Source: Mobula hypostoma (Eukaryota). From it: DNA of 64,000 nt. The stretch spans positions 100,442,001 through 100,506,000 of the forward strand of contig NC_086097.1 of assembly GCF_963921235.1 (NCBI RefSeq), read 5' to 3'. This document shows, piece by piece, positions 12,724 to 25,515 of the stretch. A program made the position numbers and the translations under genes. The first letter of the stretch is position 1. Every line of letters begins with the position of its first letter. The notes under the pieces were generated by a model. It did no database searches. It worked only from the letters and a program-made list of their open reading frames with translations, and was not told the origin of the DNA.

Positions 12724-13562
12724 ATATTTATATTGTTTGAATCTGCATTCTTTGTTGTTTACATAATGGATTGTGCGTTATATGTAAAAGTATGTAAATG
12801 GCATACGGCATTACGCCACCACATCATCTGTGTCTCGTTTAAAGGAAAGAATGAAACTAAGCGTACACAAATTATCTCCCAGCTCCATGTTTTCTTTTAA
12901 TTAATTTAATGTTTTAGAGTTACAAAACATAACAGTGGTGACAAGTAATTTTTAAAATAAACCTGAGATGACTACATATCTGTAGAAACTCTGCAAGATG
13001 TTCGGGTGAAAAAAAAGTACAGCAAGAAACAGTTGAGTAAAAAAATGCACAGCACGTGCTTCTTTAGGAAAGGACAGAGACTGCTGAATTAAAAAAATCT
13101 GAAAATGGAAGAATTCACAGGTTCACAAACAGTGAGAACGGGGTGAAAATAATCATAAAGAAGAGCTACATTGGAAAGATTGATGTGTTTGTGTATACAA
13201 CAGATATACTGAGCAAATCAAGCAATATCTTAAAGCAACTGAAATAGCCAATGAAAAGTGGGTGCCACTTTTGCAGAGTGCATTGAGTTTAAAGGCATAC
13301 AGTTTGCTTAGAAGTTCGGCTGCTCCAACCAAATCAGCCAAAATGAGCTTTGTTGATATCATGAAAGTAATGCAGGAACACTTAGAACTGAAACCATTGT
13401 TGCTTGCAGAGTACTTTAGGTTTCATAAGAGGAATGAAAAGATGGGGGTGGGGGTGGTCCATTTAAGCATGCATGAGTGAATTGAAGAGATTGTCTGAGC
13501 ATTGCCAATTCAGTAATGGGCTTAATGATACTCTGAGAGATTGTTTAGCTTGTGGAATCTTA

Positions 13563-15395
13563 TGTAATGCCCTGGTTCACATCTTTACTGTTACGCTGTA
13601 GGTTTTTCATTTAGCAGTTCTGTAAGAGCAGTCTGTTCTGCTTTCAGCCTGAATGGGTTATCGTTAAGGATAAGGGATGATGAGGAATTGTGCCATCCAA
13701 TTAGGATGGTGGAACTGGGGGGAGGTTTTTTTGGTGAGGGACACCAAGGTTGGTCTTGGGTCTTTTGTTCGGTAGGAGATGAAGCAAGAAAGTGCTTCGG
13801 AGAACTGGTCGTAAGATACGATCCGGTGGGAGACCCATTTGTTCAGCATGGATTGCGAGCGACGTTCAGAAGGTGGTGTGTGTTATGGTCCGGTCCATGA
13901 AGTCCGCATTCTGGTTCACAGTCCGGTCCATGGACTCAGGACTCCGGGTCTTCCAGCTGTCCCTTGTTTGAGTTAATCATAGGCACCTGATTCCCATCTT
14001 TGGGCTTGCAATATAAGTAGCCTTGGGATTCAGTGTGGGCTGCTGGTTTGTCTTGTCAGTCCCTCTTGGAGCAACCTGCTGATGGAAGGCTAGTGAAACT
14101 ATTTGTGATCTCTAGGCCTGGTTGGAGGACCACTGCTTCATGAAGCCTTGTTGCCACTCATTGGAGTAGTCTTTGTGGTATGGATTCAGCTGTTTCCTGG
14201 GCCAGCTGAGTGGCTGCCAGCCACTGTGAGCTAGGTAGGGATCCAGCTGTTTCTGTAGCCAGCTGAGGTTGTTGGCTGAACTGAGACTTGGAGCTTCCCC
14301 GGAGCAGAGATGGAACTGTCTGTCATTCTTTGGTGTTTGTCTCTTCTTGTTGCCTCCATGGGATAAGCCAGGCTGTTTTACTGTTGCCCTGCAGGGGGAT
14401 CTGTCTTGTCTTGTCCTTGCCTCTGTTGGGTAAGTCTGGCCATTCTGCTGTTACCTGATGGAGAGACCTGTCCCACCTTGGTGTGGAGATGAAGTTGAGT
14501 CCTGGCTTGTCGTAGGATAAGTTCTGGCTCTGTCTATGTTCTGTCCTGTCTCGTGTTTGTGTTGTGTCAAAGATGAGTCCTGGCTTGTTGAAGGATGAGT
14601 CCTGGCTCTATGTTGATGTTCAGTTCCCAGTCTGTGTCTCAGCTCCAGTCTCCGAGTTATCAGTCTCTGCATTTCAAGACGAAGATCTCAAGCCTTGAGG
14701 ATCTCAAGCCAAGCTCAAGGCTCAAGACCCAAGACCCCAAACCTCAAAGATCCCAAGCCAAGCTCAAGACCCAAGACCCCAAGCCTCAAGCCATGTCATG
14801 TACTTGCCTGGTTCTGGGGTCTGAGCCCGAGGCAAGACCCAGGTTCTGGGTCCTTGTCCAGTCTCGGGCTCAGAGTCCAAGCCTTATCTCCTAGTCCATG
14901 GTTCCTAGTCCTGGTCCTGCTTTCCCTAGCCCAAGTCTGCGCTCTTGTCCCTGCTCCTTGCCTGAATCCTGTCATGTCCCTACTCTAGTCAAGTCCTGTT
15001 CCTTGTACTTCAGTGTCTGTGTCTCACATTTGGGTCCGTTCCCAGCACCCCTTTGTGACAGTGTGTGCGTTCACATTGACTGAGGGCCCAGCGTGTGAGT
15101 GACAGAGACGCTCAAGATGAGCTCCAACTTGTGCACATTTTTCTGTTTAATTATAATGGGCCCTTTTTGTTTTTTCTTTTTTTTTCTTTACTAACCCTAT
15201 AGTTAAGATTCATAAATATAATTCCTTTAGTCATCTGTTATTTCTTGGCACCAAGTTGTAACAGGGTAGTAAATTACACAGCATCTACACAAACTGGAAT
15301 TTGGGGTGGGAGGGCTGTCTCAATCTCACAGGTTTGGCGGGACCGGATTGTGTCTTCCCTGGACTTTCACAGCCAAGGAGACCAGCAGGGTTTCA
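13563..15395 (+). mobile_element. Solo LTR inserted in Gypsy gag, itself split by a second solo LTR
   Basis: TG...CA termini; the gag reading GI(L)|QNSIQKLLLLEAQL resumes after it; near-TSD CTTA/CTTT. Confidence 0.65.
13881..15060 (+). mobile_element. Solo LTR, same family as 498-1373
   Basis: TGTTATGGTCCGGTCC...TGTGACA termini; exact TSD GTGTG (13876-13880 and 15061-15065). Confidence 0.85.
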
Positions 15396-18300
15396 CTTTC
15401 AAAACAGCATTCAAAAACTCCTTCTACTTGAAGCACAACTTACATTTGAAAGAATAGTTGAAATAGCTGTATCGATAGTAACAGCAGGCAGAGTTGCTGT
15501 CAGGAATGAAACAAAATTGCAACATCTAAACAGAAAACCTGCTTTGCCAACCAAATTGAGTTGCTGCAGGGGCTCATATACACCAGACCAATGTAGGTTT
15601 AAAGGTGAAACTTGCAGAAAATGCAACAAAGTAGAACACATACAAAGAGCATGTTGGGCAGACAAAAATAAATGGACTGCACAGGGAAGAGAAAAAGATA
15701 AAAAGTCAAGTTGCAGTTTCAAAAAGAGCACTAATCTGCACACTGTTGATGAAAAACCTGATAATGATAAGAGTGACACAGGACTGAGTAGCCTTGAAAT
15801 TTACTGAGTGAAAAATAACATTAGACAAGCAAACTGATTTACACCAGAAGTGAACAGTGAATTAATTAAACTGGAATTGGAGACTGGCTTGACTGTTTCA
15901 GTCATTCAAAAAAAAAAGCTTGAATGGAGATACAGAGATTCAGAGATACTGAACTAAAACCTGCAGATACACACTTAAGAACGTCTACTGGAGAAAAGGT
16001 AACTCCTGTGGGAACTTGATTGGTAACAATGAAATACAACAACCAACAAGCAACATTGAGCTTCTATGTGGTAGAAACAGAACAACCAGCATTGTGGGGT
16101 TGCATTTGCTGAGAGAACTACAACTTGATTGGAGATCCATCCACCATTGGCATGCCACATCCCCTGTAACAGAGTCAACTGAAAGCTAATGAGAAAACCT
16201 ACTGGATGATACCACACCAGTGTTTAAGGAAGGATTGGGAAAATCAAACATATCAAGGGTAAAATAGCGTTAAATGAAAATGTCACACCCAAGGCTGGCA
16301 AAGCCCATCCTGTTCCTTATACAATCTGTGATAAAGTAGCCAATGAGCTAGATCAGATGGAAGTTGAAGGACTTCTGTTCAAGGTTCAGTGGAGCTCATG
16401 AACAACACCTGTGCTCCCAGTAGCCAAGAAGAATGGGTCTGTGAGGATCTGTGGTCACTATCAACCCAGTACTGGAAGTAGATAACTATCCTCTTGCCCA
16501 GGATAGAGGGTATCTTTGCAAACCTTTCTGAAGGAAAACACACAAAGTGGACTGAGCTGAGGCCTATCTACAGATGGACATGGAAGAGGTGACCAAAGTG
16601 TTTCTCACCGTAAACACTCACAAGGGGCTTTATCTAGTGCTTAATTTTAGAGCAGCACCTGTGCCTGCACTCCTGCAGAAAGTTATGGAACACGTGCTGC
16701 TAGGCTGCCCTTTGTATCACCTGGATGACATCATTGTTACTGGTAAGGATGACAAGGAACATCGCCAAAAACTCAAGACAGTGTTTAAAAGATCAGAAGA
16801 TTATGGGCTCAGAGCACGTTGCTACAAGTGTGAATTCTTTAAACCAAGCATCACTTACTGTGGTCACACGATTGATGCACAAGAATTATCACGTGTGCTG
16901 AGAAAATTCAAACAGTGGTGGATGCCCCAAGGCCAAAGGTTGCATCACAGTTGCAGTCCTTTTTAGGATATGTCATTTACTACAACAGGTTCTTGCCAAA
17001 CCTGGCTACTGTGCTCCAGCCCCTAAACTCAGTGGCAATAGACAAAGCAGTGTGAGGTGGTTTTCAGAAAAGTAAAGGAAGTGGTGACGTAAGACACTGT
17101 ACTCACACATTATGGTCCAAATTGTCCAGTGAACCAAGCTTCATGGTGTAGGTGCAGTCATATTCCATGTTATGAGTGATGTAAATGAACGCCCCCTAGC
17201 CTTTGCATCACATTCTCTTACTGTTGCAGAGAAAAATTATGCACAGCTTGGCAGAGAGGTCATGAGTCTGTTTTGGGGTTTAAAGCATTGCAACCAGTAC
17301 TTGTGTGGGAGAGTGTTTACCCTCATTACTGATCATCAGCCACTGACGTCCATTTTCAATCCACAGAAGGGTGCTCTACTAACAGTGGCAGCGTGGACGT
17401 AGAGATGGGCTCCGTTTCCTGGAGGACACAATTACAAGATTAAATTCAAGAGGACAACTAATCATGAAAATGCTGATTGAGCATGTCAGAGAAAGGAGAA
17501 GAAAGGTGTCCAGACCTGTCAGATCCACTTCCCGCAGTGTCGGGATCAACTCCTACATCCACCACAGAGGAGGCCCCAGAACGTGGGATTGTTTCAGAAC
17601 CACACGTCTCACCTGCCAAGCCGAGTGACACCCCACCTCTTTTCAAGAAAGACTTTCTCCCACAAGAGTAGAAAACCTCCACAGTGATTAAATCTTTAGG
17701 CCTGAATGGAACAATTTAAACTTTACTTTGTAGTGGGTGTCTGTATAGTAGTTGCATTATATAGTATGTTGTGTATATATTCCTGTATATATACTGTATA
17801 TGTTGATGCATTCTATATTGAGTCGGATTAATATTATAAATGGATTGTTTGATTAAGCATTTTTTGTTGTTTACATAATGCATTGCGGGTTAGATGTAAA
17901 AGTATGTAAATGGCATATGATATTATGCTGCCTCTTCATACGTGTGTGTGTGTGTGTCTCATTTAAGGTAAAAAATGAAACTAAGTGTACACGCGTTATC
18001 TCCCAGCTCCATGTTTTCATTTAATTAGTTTGTCGTTCTTGTGTTACAAAACCTAATGAGTCCCTGCTTCCCTGAAAGTGGCACTGCAGGTAGACAGGGA
18101 GGTGAAGAAGGATTTTAGTACACTGAGCTTCATCAGTCGGTACAGATGGTGGGAAGTCATGTTGTGGTCGGCAGAGAACGTGGTTGAGGCAGGCACATTA
18201 ATGGCTTTTTGAAGGTACTTGGACAAGTACATGGATAGGAAAGGTTTAAAAAGCCAAATGGGACTTAGACTAGATGGGAATCCTGGTCAGAATGGACCAG

Positions 18301-18963
18301 TTGGGCTGAAGGGTGTGTTTCTGTGTTGCTTGACTCTATGACCCTGTGACTGTATGTAGGCTTCCTGGTGAAGGTACTCCTGCAGTGCTGCTGAATTTAA
18401 ACCCTGTGGTCATGAAGGAGCAGCCACAAGACAGTATCTTGTGCTATTGGTCCAGGGCTTCTTCAAAGGTCAAGAATGGGGCATAAATCTTATACTTACA
18501 GCTATTTTATTAGGTGTTCATAACAATGAAAAATAAGGGTAACCAGAGTACCTTTATTTAATAAGGATACTGTAAGGGAGAGAGGGAGAGAGAAAGTGGA
18601 GGGGGAGAACAAACAAACAGAGAAAAAGAACAAAGAAGTTGTGGTCTTCTTATACTAGAAAACTAGCTCACTTTACATTATGTAAAGCACATTCCAGTGA
18701 GAGGAGGTAACTTATGAAATAGTCCGAATCAGTAGCGTGACACAGCTGCAGAGAAACTTCTCGAAAAATGGAGAATTGGCTATACCACAATTACTGAAAA
18801 TTCACTGAACAATTACACTCGTAGGTGATTACATAATATTTTCACCAAGCATAGAAAGTTAAACCACAAGAAAAATAACAATTGACCACAAGAATAACAA
18901 CTGATGCTCTAGTTCACCAGTTGATACTGCAGTCAGTCTGGGGTAGTGGTGGGGGGAGCGAAC

Positions 18964-19063
18964 TTTTCGGGTGGTGAGTGAGGAGAGGATGCTGACCAAG
19001 CGGCTACTTTGTCTGGGTTGGTGCCGAGCTTGTTGAGAGTTGTTTGAGCTGCCATCTCCCAAG
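18964..19063 (-). CDS. Candidate exon (AWEMAAQTTLNKLGTNPDKVAAW...)
   Basis: Acceptor ttttgtgtttaag; phase 1, matching 19844-19955; donor position uncertain. Confidence 0.3.
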
Positions 19064-19086
19064 CTTAAACACAAAATACTCTCCCC

Positions 19087-19206
19087 CACACACACACTGA
19101 TCGACCCCCCCCACACACACACACACACTGATCCCCCCCCCACACACACACACACACACACTGATCGGCCCCCCCACACACACCCACATGCACACATATG
19201 TGCGCA

Positions 19207-19245
<39 letters not shown>

Positions 19246-19363
19246 ATTGACCCCCCACACACACTCACATACACATGCACACATATACACACACACACAA
19301 TCACATATATGCGCGTACACACGCACACATATACACACACACACACACAATCACATATATGCG

Positions 19364-19415
<52 letters not shown>

Positions 19416-19546
19416 CATACACACTGATCGACCCCCCACTCACTCACATACACACGCACACACATACACGCACATGCACACATGCACACACACACTCGCA
19501 TGCACACCTGCATACTCGCATGCACACACACACACACACACACACA
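19087..19546. repeat. Compound (CA)n microsatellite/minisatellite
   Basis: CA runs punctuated by recurring CTGATCGACCCCC motifs. Confidence 0.9.
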
Positions 19547-19843
19547 GATGATGACTGAAATAAATCACTCCACTAAAAATTATTTTTCTGCCCAAATCCT
19601 AGAGTTTAATAAAGCAAATAATTCTGCACAAATTGCAAATCTACAGCACAGCAACAAATTACGACTGAGGATGCAGATGGTGCTCCAAGCAGTAGCGGAG
19701 ATGATTATTTATTTATAGGACACACAATGGGTAATTTGAACCTTCCCCAGCCATCTGCTACCAACCACAGTGTTGTGTACAGCACAGTTGAAATATTGAA
19801 TTGCAGAGTCTCCATTCACTTCATTCCTCGTGGCCTGTCTCAC

Positions 19844-19955
19844 CATTGTCAAGGCTCTGTGTTCTGCACAATCCACTCAACTCTTCAACTACTGTTTTCT
19901 CCTTAAAATCTTTCTTTGGCAAAACATTTTCTTTCCTGTGCAGGTGTGCTGTAGG
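19844..19955 (-). CDS. Candidate internal exon (PTAHLHRKENVLPKKDFKEKTVVEELSGLCRTQSLDN)
   Basis: Pyrimidine tract ending catgcag; donor ATG|GTGAGA; 112 nt, phase 0 to 1. Confidence 0.45.
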
Positions 19956-20084
19956 CTGCATGGTCCAGGGTAAAAGAGGGTGTAGTGACAGAGAGAGCTC
20001 GAATATGTGAATTCACTGCTTGAGCGTGAAAGGTCTGGAAAAATCCATGCTGGATTCTCAAGTCAGGGTTATTGTTAGGTGCAC

Positions 20085-20925
20085 AGGTACAGGTATGGTG
20101 AGGTAGAGGTACAGAAAGGTACAGGTAAGGTGAAGTACAGGTAAGGTGAGGCACAGGTACGGTGAGGCACAGGTACAGTGAGGCACAGGTATGGTGAGGT
20201 ACAGGTATGGTGAGGTACAGGTACAGTGAGGTACAGGTACGGTGTGGTTCAGGTATGGGGAGGTACAGGTACTGTGAGGTAGAGGTACGGTGAGGTACAG
20301 GTATGGTGAGGTACAGGTACGGTGAGGTACAGGTATGGTGTGGTTCAGGTACGGTGAGGTACAGGTATGGTGAGGTACAGGTATGGTGTGGTTCAGGTAC
20401 GGTGAGGTACAGGTACTGTGTGGTACAGGTATAGTGAGGTACAGGTACGGTGTGGTTGAGGTACGGTGAGGCATAGGTATGGTGAGGCACAGGTATGGTG
20501 CAGTCCAGGTACGGTGAGGTACAGGTACTGTGAGGTACAGGTACAGTGAGGTACAGGTATGGTGAGGTACAGGTAAGGTGAAGCACAGGTACAGTGAGGT
20601 ACAGGTACGGTGAGGTACAGGTATGGTGAGGTACAGGTACAGTGAGGTACAGGTACGGTGTGGTTCAGGTACGGGGAGGTACAGGTACTGTGAGGTAGAG
20701 GTACGGTGAGGTACAGGTATGGTGAGGTACAGGTATGGTGTGGTTCAGGTACGGTGAGGTACAGGTATGGTGAGGTACAGGTACTGTGTGATACAGGTAT
20801 AGTGAGGTACAGGTACGGTGTGGTTGAGGTACGGTGAGGCATAGGTATGGTGAGGCACAGGTATGGTGAGGTACAGGTACGGTGAGGTACAGGTATGGTG
20901 AGGTACAGGTATGGTGAAGTACCAG
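20085..20925. repeat. ~16-bp minisatellite (GGTGAGGTACAGGTAY)n
   Basis: Directly visible, roughly 50 degenerate copies. Confidence 0.9.
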
Positions 20926-22622
20926 TACAATCAAAATCTCACTTGCAACAGCCATTAAGGAAAAATACCCAAAGACACAATCAGATTCAGATTCAGATGT
21001 ATTTATCAACCAGAAAGAGTACAATACTACATCTCCTACTAGGGAATGAGACAGAGCAGGTGACAGGAGTTTGGGTGTTTCTAGTGATCATCATGCCATT
21101 CGTTTCAAGGTATTATGGAAAAGGATAGGTCTGGTCCTCGGGTTGAGATTCTAAATTGGAGAAAGGTCAATTTTGATGCTATCAGTAAGGATCTGGCAAG
21201 TGTGGATTGGGACAGCCTGTTTTCTGGCAAAGGTGCACTTAGTAAGTGTGAGGCCTTCAAAAGAGAAATTTTGAGACCAGAGAGTTTGTATGTTCCTGTC
21301 ATAATGATAAAAGGTTGGGAGAACTTTGGTTTTCAAGAGATAGGAAAAGAAGGAGGTGTACAGCAGGTATAGGCAGGCAGGAAGAAATGAGATACTTGAG
21401 GAGTATATGAAACACAAGAGAGCACTTAAGACGGAAAATAGGAGAGCTAGAAGCGGACCTGAAGTTGCTCCAGCAGACAAGGTGGAGGATCCTAAGGTCA
21501 GTTACAGGTATGTAGATACTAAAAGCAAGGTACAAAATTGGTCCTCTGGAAGATGAGAGGACTGTAGCGTATCAGTTGGCAAATCAGTAGTGGGTGAGTT
21601 ACTGGAAGGTATTCTCACGGACCGGATGTATAAGTATTTGGATAGACAGGCGCAGATTAGGAATAGTCAACACGGCTTTGTACGTGGTAGGTCACGTCTA
21701 ACCAAACTTACAGAGTTTTCCGAGGAAATTACCAGGTAAATTGAGGAAGGCCAGTCAGTGGATATTGTCTACAAGGTATTTGACAAGGTCCTGCATGGGA
21801 GGTTTGTCATGAATGGTCTGTTGCTTGGCATTCAGGATGAGGCAGTAAGTTAGATAGACATTAGCTCCACAGGAGAAGCCAGAGAGTGATAGTAGATGGT
21901 TGCATCTCTGACAGGAGCCCTGTGACTAGAGGTGTGCTGCAGAGGTCAGTACTGGATCTGTTGTTGTTTGCCATCTGTATCAACAATCTGGATGATAGAT
22001 CTGGGTAACCGGATCAGTAGATTTGCAGATGACACCACGAGTGGGGGTGTAATGGACAGCGAGGAAGACCATTAGAGCTTGCAGTGGGATCTGGACCAGT
22101 TGAAAAAATGGGCTGAAAATGGTGAATTGAATTTAATGCAGACAAATGCAAGACGTTGTACTTCAGTAGGACCAACCAGGGTAGGACTTACACAGTGAAC
22201 GTTAGGGCACTGGGGAGTGTAGCAGAATGAAGAGATCCAAGAGTACAGGGACATAATTCATTGAAGGTGGTGTCATGAGTAGATTGGATTGTATAGTAGG
22301 CTTTTGGCACATTGGCCTTCAAAAATCATTGTACTGTGTACAGGAGCTAGGATGTTATAGTATTGTATGTTATTGTACAAGACACTGGTGAGGCCTAATT
22401 TGGAGTATTGAGTGCAGTTTTGGTCACCTACCTAGAGGAAAGATGTAAATAAAGTTGTAAAAGTAGAGAGAGAGTTTACAAGGATATTGCCGGGACTTGA
22501 GGACCTGAGTTAAGGGAAAGGGTGAGTACGTTAGGACTTTACTCCCTAGAATGTAGACAATTATGGGGAGATTTGATAGAGGTACACAAAATTATGAATT
22601 GAATTGATTTTATTTCCTACAT

Positions 22623-24880
22623 TGAAGTCATAGTCATAGTGATAGTCATACTTTATTGATCCTGGGGGAAATTGGTTTTCGTTACAGCTGCACCATAAAT
22701 AATAAATAGTAATAAAACCATGAATAGTTAAATAGTAATATGTAAAGTGTGCCGGGAAATTAGTCCAGGACTAGCCTATTGGCTCAGGGTGTCTGACCCT
22801 CCAAGGCAGGAGCTGTAAAGTTTGATGGCCACAGGCAGGAATGACTTCCTATCATGCTCTGTGTTGCAACTCGGTGGAATGAGTCTCTGGCTGAATGTAC
22901 TCCTGTGCCCAACCAGTACATTATGTAGTGGATGGGAGTCATTGACCAAGATGGCATGCAACTTGGACAGCATCTTCTTTTCAGACACACCGTCAGAGAG
23001 TCCAGTTCCATCCCCACAACATCACTGGCCTTACGAATGAGTTTGTTGATTCTGTTGGTGTCTGCTACCCTCAGCCTGCTGCCCCAGCACACAACAGCAA
23101 ACATGATAGCACTGGCCACCACAGACTCATAGAACATCCTCAGCATCGTCCGGCAGATGTTAAAGGACCTCAGTCTCCTCAGGAAATAGAGACAGCTCTG
23201 ACCCTTCTTGTAGACAGCCTCAGTGTTCTTTGACCAGTCCAGTTTATTGTCAATTCGTATCCCCAGGTATTTGTAATCCTCTACCATGTCCACACTGACC
23301 CCCTGGATGGAAACAGGGGTCATCGGTACCTTAGCTCTCCTCAGGTCTACCACCAGCTCCTTAGTCTCTTTCATATTAAGCTGCAGATAATTCTGCTCAC
23401 ACCATGTGAGCAAAGTTTCCTACCGTAGCCCTGTACTCAGCCTCATCTCCCTTGCTGATGCATCCAACTATGGCGGAGTCATCCGAAAACTTCTGAAGAT
23501 GACAAGACTCTGTGCAGTAGTTGAAGTCCGAGGTGTAAATGGTGAAGAGAAAGGGAGACAAGACAGTCCCCTGTGTAGCCCCAGTGCTGCTGATCACTCT
23601 GTCGGACACACAGTGTTGCAAGCACACGTACTGTGGTCTGCCAGTCAGGTAATCAAGAATTCATGACACCAGGAAAGCATCCACCTGCATCGCTGTCAGC
23701 TTCTCCCCCAGCAGAGCAGGGCGGATGGTGTTGAACGCACTGGAGAAGTCAAAAAACATGACCCTCACAGTGCTCGCTGGCTTGTCCAGGTGGGCGCAGA
23801 CACGGTTCAGCAGGTAGACGATGGCATCCTCAACTCTTAGTCGGGGCTGGTAGGCGAACTGGAGGGGATCCAAGTGTGGCCTGACCATAGGCCGGAGCAG
23901 CTCCAGAACAAGTCTCTCCAGGGTCTTCATGATGAGAGAGGTCAATGCCACCGGTCTGTAGTCATTGAGGCCGCTGGGGTGCGGCATCTTTGGCACAGGG
24001 ACGAGGCAGGATGTCTTCCACAGTACAGGAACCCTCCGGAGCCTCAGGGTCAGGTTGAATACATGGCGAAGTACTCCACGTAGCTGAGGGGCGCAGGCTT
24101 TGAGCACCCTGGTACTGACACCATCCAGTCCTGCAGACTTGCTTGGGTTGAGACGTTTCAACTGTCTTCTCACTTGTTCAGCTGTGAGGAAGGGGTATGG
24201 TCATGAGAGCAGGGTGGGGGACTGTGAGGAGGGGTAGGAGGGGAGAGTGGAATATGTGTTGGTTGGCGGCCGACAACAGATGGCTTCTGTGGGGAATGGG
24301 CAGGGGCCACAATGTCAAATCTGTTAAAAAACAGGTTAAGTTCGTTGGCCCTGTCCACACTGCCTTCAGCTCCTCCGTTGCTAGTTTGCCAGAACCCAGT
24401 GATGGTCCCTATCCCCCTCCAGACCTCTCTCATGTTGTTCTGCTAGAGTTTCCACTCAAGTTTCCTCCTGTACCTGTCTTTAGCCTCCCTGCTCCTGGCT
24501 TTCAGGTCCCTCTGTATTGCCCTCAGCTCCTCCCTATTTCCATCTCTAAACGCCCTCTTCTTAGCGTTCAGGATGTCCTTAATGTCCTTTGTTACCCGTG
24601 GCTTGTTATTTGAATAACAGAGATCAGTTCTTGTCGGAACATTGCAGTCCACACAGAAGTTGATGTAACCAGTGATGCACTCTGTGAGCCCATCAATATC
24701 CTCTCCATGTGGCTCACGGAATGCCTGCCAGTCTGCCACCTCAAAACAACCCTGGAGCACCTCATAAGCTTCCTCCAACCGTTTTCTCACTGTCCTCGAG
24801 GTTGCACGTTTACTCTTCACCAGAGGCACGTAGCAGGGTTTTAGATGCACCAGGTTGTGATCTGACCTTCCCAGTGGGGG
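22623..24880 (-). mobile_element. Rex1 LINE, 5'-truncated and fairly well preserved
   Basis: PLGRSDHNLVHL, LNDYRPVALTSLIMKTLERL, VMFFDFSSAFNTI, HLQKFSDDSAIVGCI, LYFLRRLRSF; (CTATGA)n tail near 22625-22650. Confidence 0.9.
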
Positions 24881-24883
24881 GAG

Positions 24884-25515
24884 GAGAAGATGGCGGCACG
24901 ACGCAGCGTGCGCGGCTGTTCTGAATGAATATCGTATGTGTTAACTAGGGGGCCGTGCACAATCCAGATTTGATGGAGACAGTCATGAGAAGCAACGAGG
25001 AACACCTGGAGGAACTTCTGAAATGCCCGCTTCGCTGCCGCTGTTATTGTGCGATTGAGAATCTCCGGAGGGGAAGGCCCCAAATCCTCGGCTTTGCCTA
25101 TTGCCTGTTGCTGGGGCTGGGGTCGAAACGCTCGGTAGAGATGGTGCTCGGTGCCTGGTGTCGGAGAGCTGGTCGGAGGCTTGGAGTTTTTGGATGGACT
25201 CGGAGTCGGACTGTGGTCGGATGCTTCCAGTACACTGCATTGGCAATTTGCGGTGCTGGAGGTTTACCGTCTGCATGAGATGATGGGATTTACCGGAGAC
25301 TTTGAGACTTTTACCATGCCATGGTCTGTTCTTATCAAATTACAGTATTGTTTTGCACTATTGTAACTATATATTATAATTATGTGGTTTTGTTAGTTTT
25401 TAAGTTGGTTTGTCATGTGTTTCTGTGATATCATTCTGGAAAACCATTGTATCATTTCTTAATGCATGCATTACTAAATGACAATAAAAGAGGACTGCAT
25501 GTCCTAATAATCTAA
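24884..25515 (+). mobile_element. Non-autonomous LINE-related element with AAGATGGCGG head and AATCTAAT tail
   Basis: CpG-rich head, AT-rich 3' part with AATAAA at ~25483, short tandem tail, no coding similarity recognised. Confidence 0.55.

Larger units (their letters stand above)
12348..18057 (+). mobile_element. Decayed Ty3/Gypsy LTR retrotransposon (LTR-PBS-gag-PR-RT-RNaseH, integrase core missing, LTR)
   Basis: Two similar LTRs (~12348-12934 and ~17826-18057); PBS-like TGGTGACAAG at 12936; gag knuckle CRKCNKVEHIQRAC; RT YHLDDIIVTG; RNase H ERPLAFASHSL...EKNYAQL...LITDHQPL. Confidence 0.85.

Noticed and set aside
10702..20930. Cys/Val-, His/Thr- and Pro/Tyr-rich ORFs
   Set aside because: They are translations of TG/CA microsatellites and the 16-bp arrays.
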